Assembly: GCA_004022145.1 (NCBI GenBank)
Contig: RCNU01000010.1
Origin: Paecilomyces variotii
Lineage: Eukaryota
Reading direction: 5' to 3' (one strand)
Length of the DNA: 64,000 nucleotides
Part shown: in pieces, positions 48,675 through 62,459 of the stretch
Layout of the letters: each line of letters opens with the position of its first letter
Numbering within the stretch: position 1 is the stretch's first letter
The notes under the pieces: model-generated
Databases searched by the model: none
The model's input: only the letters and a program-made list of their open reading frames with translations
Told to the model about the DNA's origin: nothing
Program-made: the position numbers and the translations under genes

Positions 48675-50193
48675 TCACTCTTCAAATGCTCTCAGAATCG
48701 CGAGAGAGGCCACGGAGTACGTTGCGATGCGATTATGACCTGTAGAGTTCTCGATTAGCATGTTATTTCAGGGTATCTGAGGCCTCTGAGGGCACATGCA
48801 AATACATACCCCCATAACCAACTCTTTCCCACCTAACCCTCTTCACTTTCTTCTTTCCTGTTCCCTTCGAGGATCCAGAGACAGGCCTCTCCCAGATCTT
48901 AATTTCAGTACGACCATCCTCCGCTATTCTCTGATAAACGATGTCCCCAGGTGCATCCTGAAGACCCTCTCTTGTAGCTGCAATCCAATTACGTCGACCC
49001 TCCCTCCAGGGAATCTCGTAGTCGTCCCGAGCATGAATAATGGCGAGGTCGAGCTCCTTGTCTGCATAGGCAGAGTCGGACTCGTTCTGAACAATCCCAG
49101 TCAGACGAGCAAGGCGAGAAGCCGTATCCCAGCGGTCGACGATGTGGTCGAGTGCATACTTCTGAGCTGGGGGGTATCCGACCAACGGAGACAGCATGGG
49201 CGGAGTGAGACCCTTAAGACTGTACGACTCGATCAGTTTAGGAATGTTACTGAACGATGCGAGGAGGATAATGCCAGCGAAAGGCTCAGGGTCTTTGATT
49301 GCTGGTTGAACGGCCTTCGGGTCTGGCGAGCCGAATGCGAAGCGCTCCGCCACTGCAGCAGTCACTGCGGTCCCGAGACTCTGACCGATGATGACGATCC
49401 GAGACGGTGGGATATTAAGAGGTGGAGAAGTGAGGAAGTTGAGAAGCGTTACAGCATCTGTGATGACTCCTTCCTCGGTCGGGAAGCCCGTGGAGAGTCC
49501 GAACCCACGGTAGTCTATGGCGAAGACATGTACTGGATTCTGAGGTGTTGAAATGCCTAGACCCATGCGATAGCCGTCTGAACGCAGTTCGAATCCGATA
49601 TGTCCGGCATTTCCGTGAACTGGAGCGGTCAGTTAATACTAGAAACGAGCAAGGAGCCTCTCGATGATAGCGCGCTCCAAAACTTACAGCTCACGACTAC
49701 CCTCGCATTCGGATCTTCAGCTAGAAGCTTGAACGCGGCGGTCTGAGTAACATCCTCGGCTGGGCCAAAAGGCTCATTTGCATTAAGGAGTTCCTCGTGT
49801 TCGCGGCACAGGTGAATTGGTAGCATATGCCAGGCGTAGATGGTCTCGCCGTCTGGCGTGGTGAGGTTGAATGGCTGTACCTGCGTTCCTGTTTCCTAAC
49901 AGTCAGTGCATAATTCGAACATATGATTGGGAAGGGGAGATATACTCAGGAACCCGAAGTTCTCTACATCGTTGACATTCTCCCAGATAGTTGGATTAAG
50001 CATATGAGCATATAGCGCGCTGTCAAGAACAATCAGTCATTGGACTTCAGACGTAGATTAGACGGATGGGATGTCTAGCGCACAAACGTTGGATAGTTGG
50101 AAAGGTCAAGGAGAAGATGATAGATACGTATATGAGGCCAGCAATGGCCAATGACCAATAGGCCTTTTTGAATATCGGCTGTAGTTCAACCAT
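48675..50193 (-). CDS. ABHD12-like alpha/beta hydrolase with N-terminal membrane anchor, 5 exons
   Basis: TM YWSLAIAGLIYVSIIFSL; TPDGETIYAWH; spliced FHGNAGHI; IDYRGFGLSTGFPTEEG; nucleophile GQSLG; IIHARDD; final exon GHNRIA. Confidence 0.88.
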
Positions 50194-50762
50194 GATAGAT
50201 CCTAGGACTATGTGAGCCAAGTCCTATATAGCGGAACGCGTCATTTTAAATTGGGCAGATATAATAAAAGTAAAGGTAAACAAGAACTGAGTAAATAGGT
50301 CAACACAAAAGGAAAAGACCCATTATCTATCATAGAGGACAGTGTATGCGATTCCAGGTATGAGATCAGGTTGACGCCTTAGGAAGCTGGCAAGATAACA
50401 AGACACTGATGACTTCATGGCGTTGGAAATAACTAACAAGAGGATGAAAAATCCAGAGAAATCTGATGAGAAGCTATTTAGCAGGCATTCGACACTTACC
50501 TTACTCGAACCAATGTCCAGGATCAATTGCAAAGAAGACCAGACAGCAGCCCGTCCGAGCGCTGAAGTCGGCCAAGGAGAGCTTCTTTTCTTTTCGCCTC
50601 CGCGCTCTCCGCCCGTCACGATCATCCCGAAAGATTTCCCTCCCGCCATCACGCGCGCGACGTACGCCCCTCTTCATCCCTTTGGAGGTCATCCTTTTGG
50701 TAAATTTTCTCTCCCTTCTCCGTCGCGGCACATAGCTGCATAACGCTGCGTGCTTCTCTGCG

Positions 50763-53484
50763 ATGGTGGAGAAGCGCAAGCTGCCCGCACGCGATCGTCG
50801 TGAGTCCGCGGCGAAGAGACGAGCCTCCGAAGCTACTCCGCAGCCTCCAGCTTCTTCAAAGAAAAAGGCGTCGACGCCTATTACGCTACCTCCTCCCACG
50901 CCGGAACCGGTGCCAGAACCTCTGCCAACAAAGATAAAGGATGGAGAAGCTCTTCCGACGGTGTCCAAGGCGCAGGAGCTGTCCAAGCTCTCCGCGAGGG
51001 AGTATCAGTCGATCGCAGAAAGGTACGAATCAGGCTGCTAAGATCTGTCAGGCTGTTTAGAATATGGACGAAAGCTGATATTTTGATCGATGCAGTGCGG
51101 TTCTTCTGGTCTCACTAGAGCGTTCTAAGAAGAAATGGCTGAGCGACGGCATATTCGAACGATACTGGACGAAGCCCAAAAAGACCAAGAGAGAGCAGAT
51201 CGAAGGAAAGAATCCGCCAAAGGAGTCGATGACCAAGGTCGGGCCTTGCAGCATAGTCATCGAACCCCATCACTTCGATGGTATGCTGTATACCGTCAAG
51301 GACCCGAATGCGCAGCCGCCCATTCAATACGCACCTCCGCAACGGCCGATGGTTCATTATGGCCATCCAAACGGGTTCCACCAGTATCAGCCGTACCCAT
51401 CACAGAACCAGATGCGCCAGCCTGCTTCATATAATCATCATCCTCCACCACCTCCTGCTCAGAATGTCTACAATCAGAGAAACAACCCTCCACCGCATAG
51501 AGCTTCGCAACCTCCCCCAGTTCAGCAACGACCACCGCCTCCGCAGCCTCCTCCCCAACCCCCCAAATCCAGTCCAGACCCGGTTATCCAGATGTTGGCT
51601 ACGAGGGCTGCTTCGAACCCGGAGCTAAAAGCGCTCATGCGGGTTGTTGCGTCCAGCAAGGCATCTCAGGAACAACTGCGAACTTTCCAGGCCCACATAG
51701 ACGAGCTTAATGCGATTATAAGGGCCAGAGAGCAGCAGCAACAAGCGCAGCTTCAAAGACAGCAGCAGCAGCAGCATAACCAAGGTATCCAGGCTAATCG
51801 TTCTCCGGCTTATGGACATGGCCAGGCTCAGAGCCAAAGCCCAAGGCCGACACCGACACCTCAGGGACAAACTTCCCAAGGGCCTCCCCAAAGACCTCAG
51901 GGTTATCAAGGACCTCCTACTCAACCACACACTCCTCAGACCCCAAATCCTACGCAACAGGCTCCTCAAGGACCTGCTAGTGCCTCTCAGGGAAGGCCTC
52001 AGAGTGCGCAAGGTGCTCAGCAAACTTCCCAGGGTCCTTCTCCAATGCCCCAAGGACCTGCTCAGCCTCAGCAGATCGCTCAGACTCCTCAAGGTCCTGC
52101 CCCGGCCACACTGAGCCCTGCGCAGACCCCCCAGCCAAATAACGACAGTTCATCGAGACCCGCGCAGAGTTCTCAGGGTACCGCCCAGCCTGTCCAGAGC
52201 ACGTCTCAGTCTCCCCAGGGCCCTTCTCAGACTTCAACAGGTGTCCCGTCAAACCCTAAACCAATGTCCCAAGGTGCTCCTCAGATAAAACAAGAACCAG
52301 GGATGTCTGCGCCAGCAGTGCCTTCACCGGCTGAGCCTCGTCCAGCAGTGCCTGCTCCTAGTGCAAATCCCGGTCCCCCGGTCACAGCAGCTGCGAGTTC
52401 TAACCCTGGGCAGCCGAGTTCTGCGATACGGCCTCTAGCAGCTCCCGCCCATCCAACACAAACTGCTCCTAGTCAACCTCATTCCCAATATCCGCCTACT
52501 TACCCCCCTACATATCAAACTCCTCAGGCCCCTATCAGATCACGTCCCCCACCGTACGGCTCGTCGCCTGGATACTATCATCAACCAGCACCACCTCCTC
52601 CACCGCCTCCGAAGCCGAATATCAAATCCGTCGTCTTTGAGTTTACATCTCCACTGACACCATATGGCAGCAGCACTTCAGGTCACGCAGGTTCGGGTGA
52701 CCGGTATCTGTTTCCTGAATATACTATCCTGGAATTCTTTCCTGGCGGAAATGCCGTTCTCGCTTCTTTTCTCATTGTGCGCAAGGTTGACCCGAATGCC
52801 CCGTTTCCTATAGAAACAGCATCGGACGTTGGCAATAGACGGGGTAAAAATGCAAAATCTAAAAAAGCGGACAAAAATAAAGATAAAGCGGGTGCTGCAG
52901 CACCAACTGCAAATGGGGGCACTCCATCTGCTACACCCGCACCGGGTCAAGAAACGCCTAAAGGAACCGACTCCAACGAGCAAAAAGGGCCAGCCACCTC
53001 ATCCACAGTGGAAACAACGACATCTACGGATGCTGGTGACAAATCAAAAACTGAAGGCACAGACAAAGAAAAGACGAAGGACGAGAAACCGAAGCTGAAA
53101 GAGTATTACCAGCCGGTTACAATGCGCATCTACAGCTCCAACCCTCGTGTCTTGGAACCACTGGCTCGCGTGGTCAAACCTCCCGACGAGGTCCGCAAGT
53201 ACATGGAGGATGTTATGGACCGTGCGGAACGCGCCCCGGAGGGATTCCTTGCCTTACGCCTTCCGCGAGAAGAAGAAGCGGAAGAGACGGAGCCAAAGGA
53301 AAATGACAAGGACAAAGCGGCTGCTGGTGCTATCAAAACTGCTGCGCGCAATCGCACCAAAGGCCATGCAACAGACGATGATTCTGGCGTGGAGATTACA
53401 CGCACCGACGAAGACGAGGAAGAAGAAGAGTTGAGAGATTTCTACGATGCGCCTAGCGGACTCGTTCCGTTAGGAGTGGCATAA
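50763..53484 (+). CDS. SWC3: SWR1-complex subunit Swc3-like protein with a long Q/P-rich insert; intron 51023-51095
   Basis: YQSIAESAVL..SLERSKKKWLSDGIFERYWTKP, DPVIQMLATRAASNPELKALMRVVAS, GSGDRYLFPEYTILEF, RVVKPPDEVRKYMEDVM blocks recognised as fungal Swc3 family. Confidence 0.75.
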
Positions 53485-54342
53485 TACCGGTAGACCAGGG
53501 CATCTTTGATGATTTGATTATATGAGAGCTCCCTACATGGGGAAGGCGTTCTCGATCTAGCGTCTGAGTTTCTATGTAATAATGTACTGTACTATATCAC
53601 GAATCATCTTCCCATCTGGGCTATCTTTGCTCTTATATCTCGTCTCACTGTAGGGAAATCAAACAACTGTGTGCAAGTCATGGATCTAAGAGGCTATGTC
53701 ATCGTGGATAGACGAGTAGATAATAAGAAGAGCAACGTGAACCAACGCGAGAAACCTTCAAACAGAACAATACAACATTCTCTATATTCATTTACGATAC
53801 TAGAAAGAGAATACGCAAAGAAATACTTTTACAACTCCCAACCATACCTATATACACATACACATACACATGCCTAACACTGCCTAACTTAACTCACGTC
53901 CACACCTTCCCAAGAAGGAATCCCAAAAAAACTACCATAGTTTACCACCATATAGGTAGCTGACAACCCCTACCCACTCACTTCTTTATCTTAGAGAGCT
54001 TATGAGGGTGCTATAAACCCCCGACCTTGCTTTCTGCGAGCAGGGTTCTCCTTCTCTATCGATCACCTAGGGAAGGGATGCTCTGGGTCATGTTCAGGAG
54101 AATTCGATATTGAATATTAAATCATCAATTCTGGCTTCTTCAGCCACATGAGAGCGTGCCTGGGAGGGAGGGAGGGGGTTGTTTTTTTTGTTGTCAGGTA
54201 GCTAGCTATGTTTATCTTGGGAAGGTATAAGTTTCGTGCTCATGAGAGGTTCTACAGATCGAAGTGGTGATTATTCCTTGAGGAAGCAAGTTGACAGACA
54301 ATGTAATTAATCTACTGGATACTCCTCATAAAGAACTACATA

Positions 54343-56369
54343 TCAGACGCTCCCGCCGCCTTTCCCGGAATCGCCTATGATGCCTGCCATTTCAAGCAGA
54401 GCTCTAGCAGTTTGCGTATCAGCAGCTCCTCCAATCTTCGTGTTCACATTGCGCCTTCGTTCCGCTTCCCGCGCCTCAAAGTCCCATCTGGAGCGCTGGA
54501 TAGCAATGGCATCCAGTTTGGACTGGTCTGCAGATGGTTCAGGGGCGGGGACCAGACCCCAAATTTCCAGGTCGTAGATGTTGATACTGGTCTTTGACGC
54601 TGGGAAAGCGTTTTCTGGAACCGGGGGCAGAAAAGCTCCTGACCGATTATCAAGAGAAATATGTAGATCAGCAGTTTCGAGACTTCCATCGATCAGTAGG
54701 CTCCCTGCCCCCTCTGGCGTTGGCTTGGACACTTTGTTGCGAGATGAAGGTGGAACATGGCAGCCAATTGCGATACCTGTGTTTGTGGAGAAGTATGTTA
54801 TGGGTTGTGTCGGTTTATGAGCTGAAGATGAAGGGTTTCCTTTGAAGACAGCATGGGTAGGAGATAGCTGGAAGAGACAGGGAAGCGTGGAAGGGTCAGA
54901 AGGGTTGATTGAACTCTGAGCAGAGCTGGAAGGTTTCCAAGCCTGAGGCACATAAACACCTATTGTTATCAATTTCTCGTCATCGTCATCTGCCAAAGCA
55001 CCGCGCAGTAATAGAAGTGTAGGCGACTGCCATGATAGGACATGGTGAGAAAAGGAAGTCAAAGACTGCCCATGGGCTGCAATTGAGAATACCGGATGCA
55101 GCCGGGTGCGGCTGTAAAAGAGATTCGGAATCGATGAACTGACTGACAAGAAGAACGATAGATGAGACAAAACAGTCGGATTGAGGATTTCGGAAGTAAA
55201 GCTGCCCTGTAGTAAGACGGGTGACGGAGGTGACGGTGCCATATCAGATGCTTTTTCCTCAGGAGCTGGGTCAGACGAGTTCGTATTGGCCCGCCGCCGA
55301 GAAAGATCCAAGTTCTCGCTGAACAACAGATGCTCGAATAAGGGTGTCAGGGGATCAAATAGATATGGTAGCGTTTCCGAGATCGTCCGGGCGAATGATT
55401 TATAACTAATTCCGCCTGCAGTCTCTTCTGGACTGAAAGCTGCCAATATGCTGTCAGCTTCTTTACGGACGGCTTCTAGATGTTCACTCTCTAGATGCGA
55501 AGTATATCTCGACACTGGTTCCAGCGGTTTCAGTGGCGCAATGACGAGAAGCAACATCAGAAGCCGTCGAAAGGTGTTCACCGAAATTCGTGCTTCGTAG
55601 ACGGCCTTGTCGATGCGCTGATCATGCTTGAAGACCTCGATTGCATCTAGCGATTCCAACGCAGATAGCACCAGATCATCATCGTCATCCTCATACTCTT
55701 CATCATTGACAGGGTCATCAACCGCGAAGCCAGCAACATGTGAATGAGAAGCTGCCGCATCATCAGTCACCTCTGATGATTCGTTTTCCACTTTCTGCTC
55801 GGTCTCTTTTCGGCCGACGTCTGCGAGGCTCCCAAAGAGCAATTTGATCCTATCCCGGCGGCCTCGCCTAAGCACCTTTCCATACCTCTCTGTGAGCAAC
55901 ACGGCCACTTTCACCATAGCCTCAAAAGTCAACACGCTAGGCGCGAGAGTAGTCTGGAACGGAAACGCCCCTAGGTAGGATACCATTCGAAAGATGACCG
56001 GCCCCGGATCGAGCGGAGAGTCGTGTCCAGCACCACCGTCCACTCCATCCGGTATCCCAAGAAAGTCAGACAATATCTTCTCGTTCCAGTAGCGAAGTCC
56101 AGCTTGGTCCACAGCGCGAGTATAGAAATTGTCTTTAAAATGGGTGAGTTCCAGCGGTGTGAAGCATTTCGTTGCAAAACGCTCGGCAAGCACATGGCTT
56201 AGCTGTTCTGTTCACAATTCAGTCAGTGACATCCTTTCATCAGAAAGAGTCGCTTGGATGCCAGTCTTATAGAAACTAGCCACCTCGAACTTCCACCGCG
56301 ATGTCCTGGGGAGAAAAGCTAACCGGGAGACCCGTTGCTTGCGCCGTCAGTCGATTGTCCAGCACCCAT
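54343..56369 (-). CDS. RTC5: TLDc-domain protein Rtc5; intron 56323-56208; N-myristoylation motif MGAGQS
   Basis: Spliced N-terminus [36 protein letters not shown]; TLDc region ([35 protein letters not shown]); C-terminal [24 protein letters not shown]. Confidence 0.85.
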
Positions 56370-57007
56370 CTCGCATATGTATATCGAAGGATGACTGGTA
56401 TATCAATGAAGAGGATGCGAAAATACTGGCAGCTATCCCAGTACACTATGTAGGTGTCGGCGACTCAAATCCACCGTTCTCAAGCTCAATCTGTCCTTTG
56501 AACCTCAAAGCTCCGTGATATTGCAGGTTCATCCCAGGAGATCACCAGGATATACAGCTGGCAGAGACCTGCTGCAGCTCTCTACATGCAGCCAGTTGAT
56601 TGTGTCCGATATCTCGCAGGTAGTGGGCAACCAGCGAACTCGTAGGCAGAAACGTGCAAGCTATCGCGCAAGCTCCAGAGCTGACATGCGGAGCTTTCTA
56701 TGCGTACATTTTTTGGTCAATGCAAATCACAAAGAGTTCAGCACTAAAAGTCCGTCTAATTAAGTAGTAGCCATGAAAGATGGAGCTGTGGTGGAAAAGG
56801 AGGGGCCGATGGACCGCGGCGATCGAGCTGAGACAGACTCCGGATCCGACCAAAGAACGTCATTTGGGATACTTCATTCATTTATGCGATAAGCAGCATC
56901 CCCAGGTCAATTCCCCCCGCATTTTGCATGGAAATAACAACTATTAGGTTATGTACAGTAACAAAGCAAGATATACGCCTCATACCATGAAAAACATCCG
57001 TAAGAAA

Positions 57008-57532
57008 TTACCCCAATCGCAATCCCAAAAAGATCGTTCCTTCCAGCGGGGTATCGTAATACGGCTCGATCTCCCGGAACCCGAATGAATGATATAACCT
57101 CCTCGCAGCCTCCATCTTCGGAAGTGTATCCAGTCTTATTTCACTGTATCCCAAACTCCTCGCAGTCTCGATGATCACCTTGACTAGCTCTTTGCCCAGC
57201 CCACGACCTCGACCCAGCGGGCTGACGTAGAGACGTTTCATTTCGCAGATACCAGCAGGTCGGTTGTTGCCTCCTTGTGCGCCAGCTCCGGGTAGGGGTC
57301 GCAGCGCAATACAGCCCAGAGGTGTCTCTGTTTGAGTGTCTCGCGCGAGGAGTAGTTCGCCTGTTGGAGGAGCATATTTTCCAGGCATTGAGGCCATTTC
57401 TGTTTCAAAGTCCTGGAAGCTGAGATCGAGATCGAGCCAGTCGACATAGGCGGTGAAGAGAGCTTTGGTTGCTTCGAGATCTGTGGTTGTTCGGACGGGA
57501 GTGATTGTGGTGTTGGATCTTTGGCTGGTCAT
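57008..57532 (-). CDS. GNAT-family N-acetyltransferase
   Basis: Intronless 174 aa; CEMKRLYVSP.GRGRGLG acetyl-CoA motif A; LDTLPKMEAARRLYHSFGF. Confidence 0.9.
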   Translation of the reverse strand: MTSQRSNTTITPVRTTTDLEATKALFTAYVDWLDLDLSFQDFETEMASMPGKYAPPTGELLLARDTQTETPLGCIALRPLPGAGAQGGNNRPAGICEMKRLYVSPLGRGRGLGKELVKVIIETARSLGYSEIRLDTLPKMEAARRLYHSFGFREIEPYYDTPLEGTIFLGLRLG

Positions 57533-58188
57533 TGTGGAATTGGTCGTGGATGGTTACTATATTGTTATGCTGTGACCGTCACGAGCGTAGATTCTGTCGT
57601 CTATGTTTCGCGTAAAGGAAAATGTGATATACTATAAGAGTACTTAAATGACAATAGAAGCGGAGGAACCAGACTGAAGGAGAATATAGAATTGTGTCGG
57701 TGACAATGGCCTTAGATCGATTGTTATAGAAGGTAGTCAAATATGTTAAGAATGTCCAATGGGAAAGACTTCGTGACTCACGCGACGTCAAAACGTCTCC
57801 ATCAACAGATGAATCCGACATCGGATATCACTCAAAAAGGTAAATATACACACAGTCTTCCATACTTATCCTGGAGTAAGAGGATCAACTTGATTTATCT
57901 GACGTAGTGGTCGTTCGCGATCGCTGTCCGCATCTTAATGCAATCAATATATGCTGCGGGCACTAGATCCACAAACCTCTACTGCACTAGGGTGTCGTTG
58001 TGGACTATCATAACCATAATATCATTTTTATTCTTGTTAGGGTATTCTGTGAGCTATTTTCTTCTCTTCAACAGCTATAGCACAACGCGGTCGACCAATA
58101 GAGATCATCTCGCAGACGCCATAAAACCGTGTCCCATACCTGCTGTCTGCATTCTGCCCCAGGCAATGCATCGATTCTATTCCTTTTT

Positions 58189-59936
58189 TTACAAGAGAAC
58201 AACACCCACGCCTCCTCGCTTCTTATCATCCGGAAGGTTCCTTTCGTTAACACCACCCGGAACCGGGGAGGTGCGGTAGTTGAAGAGGTAATAATGAAGC
58301 TGTCCGTCACCAGCGCCGAACTTGAGCTGCTCAAGGAAGAGAGGGTTGTCGTGGATAGTGAGAGCGTTGAACACGTCGAAATGAGCCTGCGTGCTATGTC
58401 AGTATTTTATTCGATGGACCGGAACCTTTTCTCGGTGCGGACTTACTCTCTTAGCAAGAATAAGCGCATCATTGATGAGAGTCAGTAGCCGCTCCTTGAG
58501 GACCTTATCGTCATCCTTGAATGCTGCCTCCGTTGCGTAGTAGTATAGGTATGCCGCTCGGACCTCCTTATGCTTCGGGTTCTGAATAACCGAAGAAGGC
58601 AGAGAGTAGAACGAGACAAAATCGGTAATCTTATGCGTCTCTGGGTCTTCTGCGACGTACGACCAGACAACCTGCTCCTTGTCTGCCTCTTCTTTGTGCA
58701 CCAACCAATGTTCAATCTCATCTTTCGAGTAGGCCTGGTTCAGTTGGAAACGTTTCAAGTAGCGTTCCAGGAGGTCGTGAACATCATCGACATCCTTGAG
58801 CTCCATTGGCCGGATTCCCGGAGTCGATGTTTCGCTGGGGAGGTGGTTCTTCGTGATTTGACGAGCCTTGGTCGAGCCATGAGGAAGGGGAGAGAACCCA
58901 ACTTCATATAGCTTCAGCCAGTCCAACGGGCGGTGGTAGTATCTGCACGAAGCTACAGGTTTAGGGAGGACGACACCACCGGTGTAAATGGCCTGGTAGA
59001 CGCCATTCAGATAACAGCGACGGGTAATCTCTTTGATAAGCACTGGGGTCAGGCGCTTTGATCGCAACTTCTTGTGAATGCAGAGAAAGTTGATCTCGCT
59101 GACGTGAAGAAGCTGATCACGCACACGGATGTCCGCAGGCACACCGCAAATCGAGGCGACTAGTTTGCGAGACTTCGAGGCGCGGACACCGACATGCCAT
59201 TCTGGCCTCCATCCTGGGGCCTTCAAGGCCCTGGTTTAACCTATCAGTCATACAGTCCCAACGTGTAAATCAAACGCCCTGAAGGTGACACGTACCAGTC
59301 AAGGAAGGATCGCGAATAGTTGAAACGGAACATGGCATTGTCATCCTCCACGTAGTGGTTCGTAAGCAGTTCGTACAGCTCCTGAAGCTCCTTCTCGTCC
59401 GTCAAGTCCAACGTAACCCACTCGAAGCCTTCCAGGAGAGGATCAGGCTGCTTGGGCACCTCGTCCGGATTGATGACCTTGATGGGCCCCTCGACCATCT
59501 GTCCCTTCTCATCGAACCGCGGCACCGGCTGCGTACTCCAGAACTTGTAGGAAGCCATATCCTTCTGGTTCTTGCCTCCAATCGCCAGGCCCGTCAAGAG
59601 TTCCGCGATGTTCATATTGCGCAGAGCCTCGGTTTTCTTCTTCTGGTCCAGCCCCTCCAGTTCACCTTTCAGAGCAGGGTTCTTCTCCAACAAGGACTCC
59701 GCCATACCAGACGTAAGCTTCTTGCCTGCTGTCGCCGGACCTTCCTCTGCTCCATCCTTTGATTTCTTTCCGAACAGCTTCTTCTTCTTTGTCTTGTCTG
59801 CGGAGTCGTCCTCGGCGGCGGAAGTGGGCTGCGCTTCGTTCTCCGCGACGGAGGAGGGGTCAGCGGACTCGACGTTGCCGGTTTCCTCGGGGGCGGCGGC
59901 GGTGGCCTTGCCTTCAATTCCCTTGGATTCGGACAT
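58189..59936 (-). CDS. NMT1: Glycylpeptide N-tetradecanoyltransferase (N-myristoyltransferase); introns 59295-59231, 58446-58387
   Basis: [56 protein letters not shown], terminal GVGVVLL. Confidence 0.97.
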
Positions 59937-60645
59937 GGCCGCGGTAAGATGTGAAGGAGGGAGAGAAGATTACCGTGGCCTCGATGGGACAGTGTGGTGG
60001 ATTTTGAAACTCGGGCTTGCTTGACGGTTGCTTCGCTCACAGCCTCAAGCGCCCGCCCCACGTCGAGGCTAAACAATAAGTAGTACCGGCGTTGACTATC
60101 CGCCCTATCGTTTAGGATAACCGTTGGACATGCCATGGATATCGCATGCAAGAGTCTTCTTTGGGAAGTAAATGTCCCGGGATATAAGTACTAGACCGTT
60201 TAGACTATAATGTCACATCACATCACAGCTATATGTTCACAGCTGCACTTGGAGACTCAGCTTCGACGCCAATTTACAGCGGGTTTGGTTTGATAGAAGA
60301 ACGAGGAAGCTTCGTGGATGCATATTAGAACGGCCCGCGGACATAGAAAAAGTCTATGATCAATGCTTTTCTCCATCCAAGCCTTAAGTATATCGCTAAT
60401 CCAAGTGTTGAAACCTCAGTATCCATCCAAGTCAGCTGCCATACAGGAACAAAAGGATATACTAGTCAGCGCTCATGGTCAAATCCATGGCTCAGGAAAT
60501 AAGAGAACGCCGATATTGCCAACCCCACCCAGCGATGCGTTGAAGCTGTACGCGAAAGAAGAGATGCCAATGCAGAGAACGGTATAAAGTAATTAACGGG
60601 TCTAATGTCAACTTGATGAGCACAAGCATAAGGAGCAGTGCCCGA

Positions 60646-62459
60646 TCACTGCGGGCCAGGCTTAGTCTCGACGACATCGAGGAAGCCACCCACAAGATGG
60701 AGACTGCCTGTGACCAGAGTCATGACGGCTGATTCTGACTCAGAAACTTGGTGTTGATTTTTCTCGGCCAGATCCCTGACGTACTCGACAGCCTCTTCAA
60801 TCGTTCCCAGAACTTCAACGGTCGCTGTGGGATCAATCGTCTTCCACGTTTCGGCCAAAGTATTTTGTACACTCAGTTTTTCGATGTCAGCGGAGTTAGT
60901 GTTGATACTAACCAAGTCTGGCCGGTATCCAGCATCCTTGTAAGTGACATTAGTACAGAAGATGGCATGGGTGAAAGGCTTCTCAGCGCCCAAAGCCTCA
61001 GCAAGAGTCTGGTGTAGAGCCTTGGCCAAGGCCACGCTGTCGCGTGTCTGTTGATTGAAAATGAGCACTCTTGGCTTCTTACTGGCTGCCTCAGTAGAGG
61101 AAGAGTGAGCGAGAATCTGTGATGCGAACCACTCTCCCGCTACTCGGATACTCTCCAGGGTATGGCCTCCATCAATATACCACGAGACGTTTTTCTCGTG
61201 TCTCGTTTCACATCTCCCTCCTAACTGAGTCTGTTCGAGACCTCTCCGGAACTCATCAGGTAACGGGGCCCTCAATATATCTTCGGGGATGCCTTCAATT
61301 CCACGTTTCCTCAAAAACTCCCCAGCCACGGCAACAGCCAGGTTGGCGTTTGTGTATTGGAAGTCACCGGCAAGACCCAGCTTCAACCCGCTCGTCTTGT
61401 TCAATTCCGGATGACCCTCTGCAACCCGCAGCTCAACGCCCTTCTCTGCTGCCCTCTCAAACAGCACCTTGAGCGCCGCGTCCGCTTGAGGAACAGTGAA
61501 AGCTTTGGCCCCAGGTTTCATGATACCAGCCTTGTGCCAGGCTATTTGCTCAATGGTTGACCCAAGGACGGCGACATGATCAATGCCTAGGCTGGTGATT
61601 CCGCTGACGGCTGGCTGCACAATGATGTTTGTGCTATCGTGCTCGCCTCCAATTCCACATTCAATCACGGCAGCATCCACGCCCTCACTCATATACGTGT
61701 GGAATGCCATAAGAGTGAGGAAACGGAAATATATCGGTTTAGTCCCTGGTTCCTTAGGGTCTATTCCTGCAGCGCGGGCAGACTCTTCCAGCCGATCCCA
61801 TGTCTCGAAGAAATATTTCGCAAATTGTTCCTCGGACAGAGGGGTGTTGTTAATCTGAATGCGTTCCCGAGCAAAGCGAAGGTGAGGAGACGTGTAAAGG
61901 CCGACCTTGGTGATCTTCGATGATGATCGTGAGGAGGATGGGAGGTATTGGGCAAGAATATAAGAGACGAAAGCCGAGGTTGAACCCTTCCCCTTCGTAC
62001 CGGCGATATGGATTGGGTTCAGACGATTCAATTCTGCGGGCTATGAATAAGACAATTCGTTTGTCAGTAACAGACATTACTAAACGGTCCCGTTGACAGA
62101 GACAAAGGCCGAACGTCTCCCAAAGTAATGGACCACCCACCTCGTAACCTATCTTCCTACACCACTCGATCATCTCCGGAATGGCCTGCTGGTTCATAGC
62201 CCGGCCCGACTTTCTGATCGCATCGACAACTGCGAAATTCGACTGCAGCGAATTAAGTGCTGCAATCGCATCCTGAAAGACCGCGCATCAGCCAACCACA
62301 TTATCAAAAGAACAAGAAACACCGCCATTGCAGTATCCAGAAAGCTAAGAGGTGTTAAAAACAAACCTCGTAACTCCGAGCCATTGCGATGCGACTGGTC
62401 GAAAAGAGCCTGGATCGATGAGGTGCTCTGAAAGGAAGATGTTTCCAAAGCCCTTTCAT
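60646..62459 (-). CDS. MET7: Folylpolyglutamate synthase; two in-frame starts (62459, 62384); introns 62366-62273, 62140-62041
   Basis: MARSYE/DAIAALNSLQSN; IHIAGTKGKGST, GLYTSPHL..RERI, ECGIGGEHDSTN, IAWHKAGI, YIDGGHT, LVTGSLHLVGG. Confidence 0.93.
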
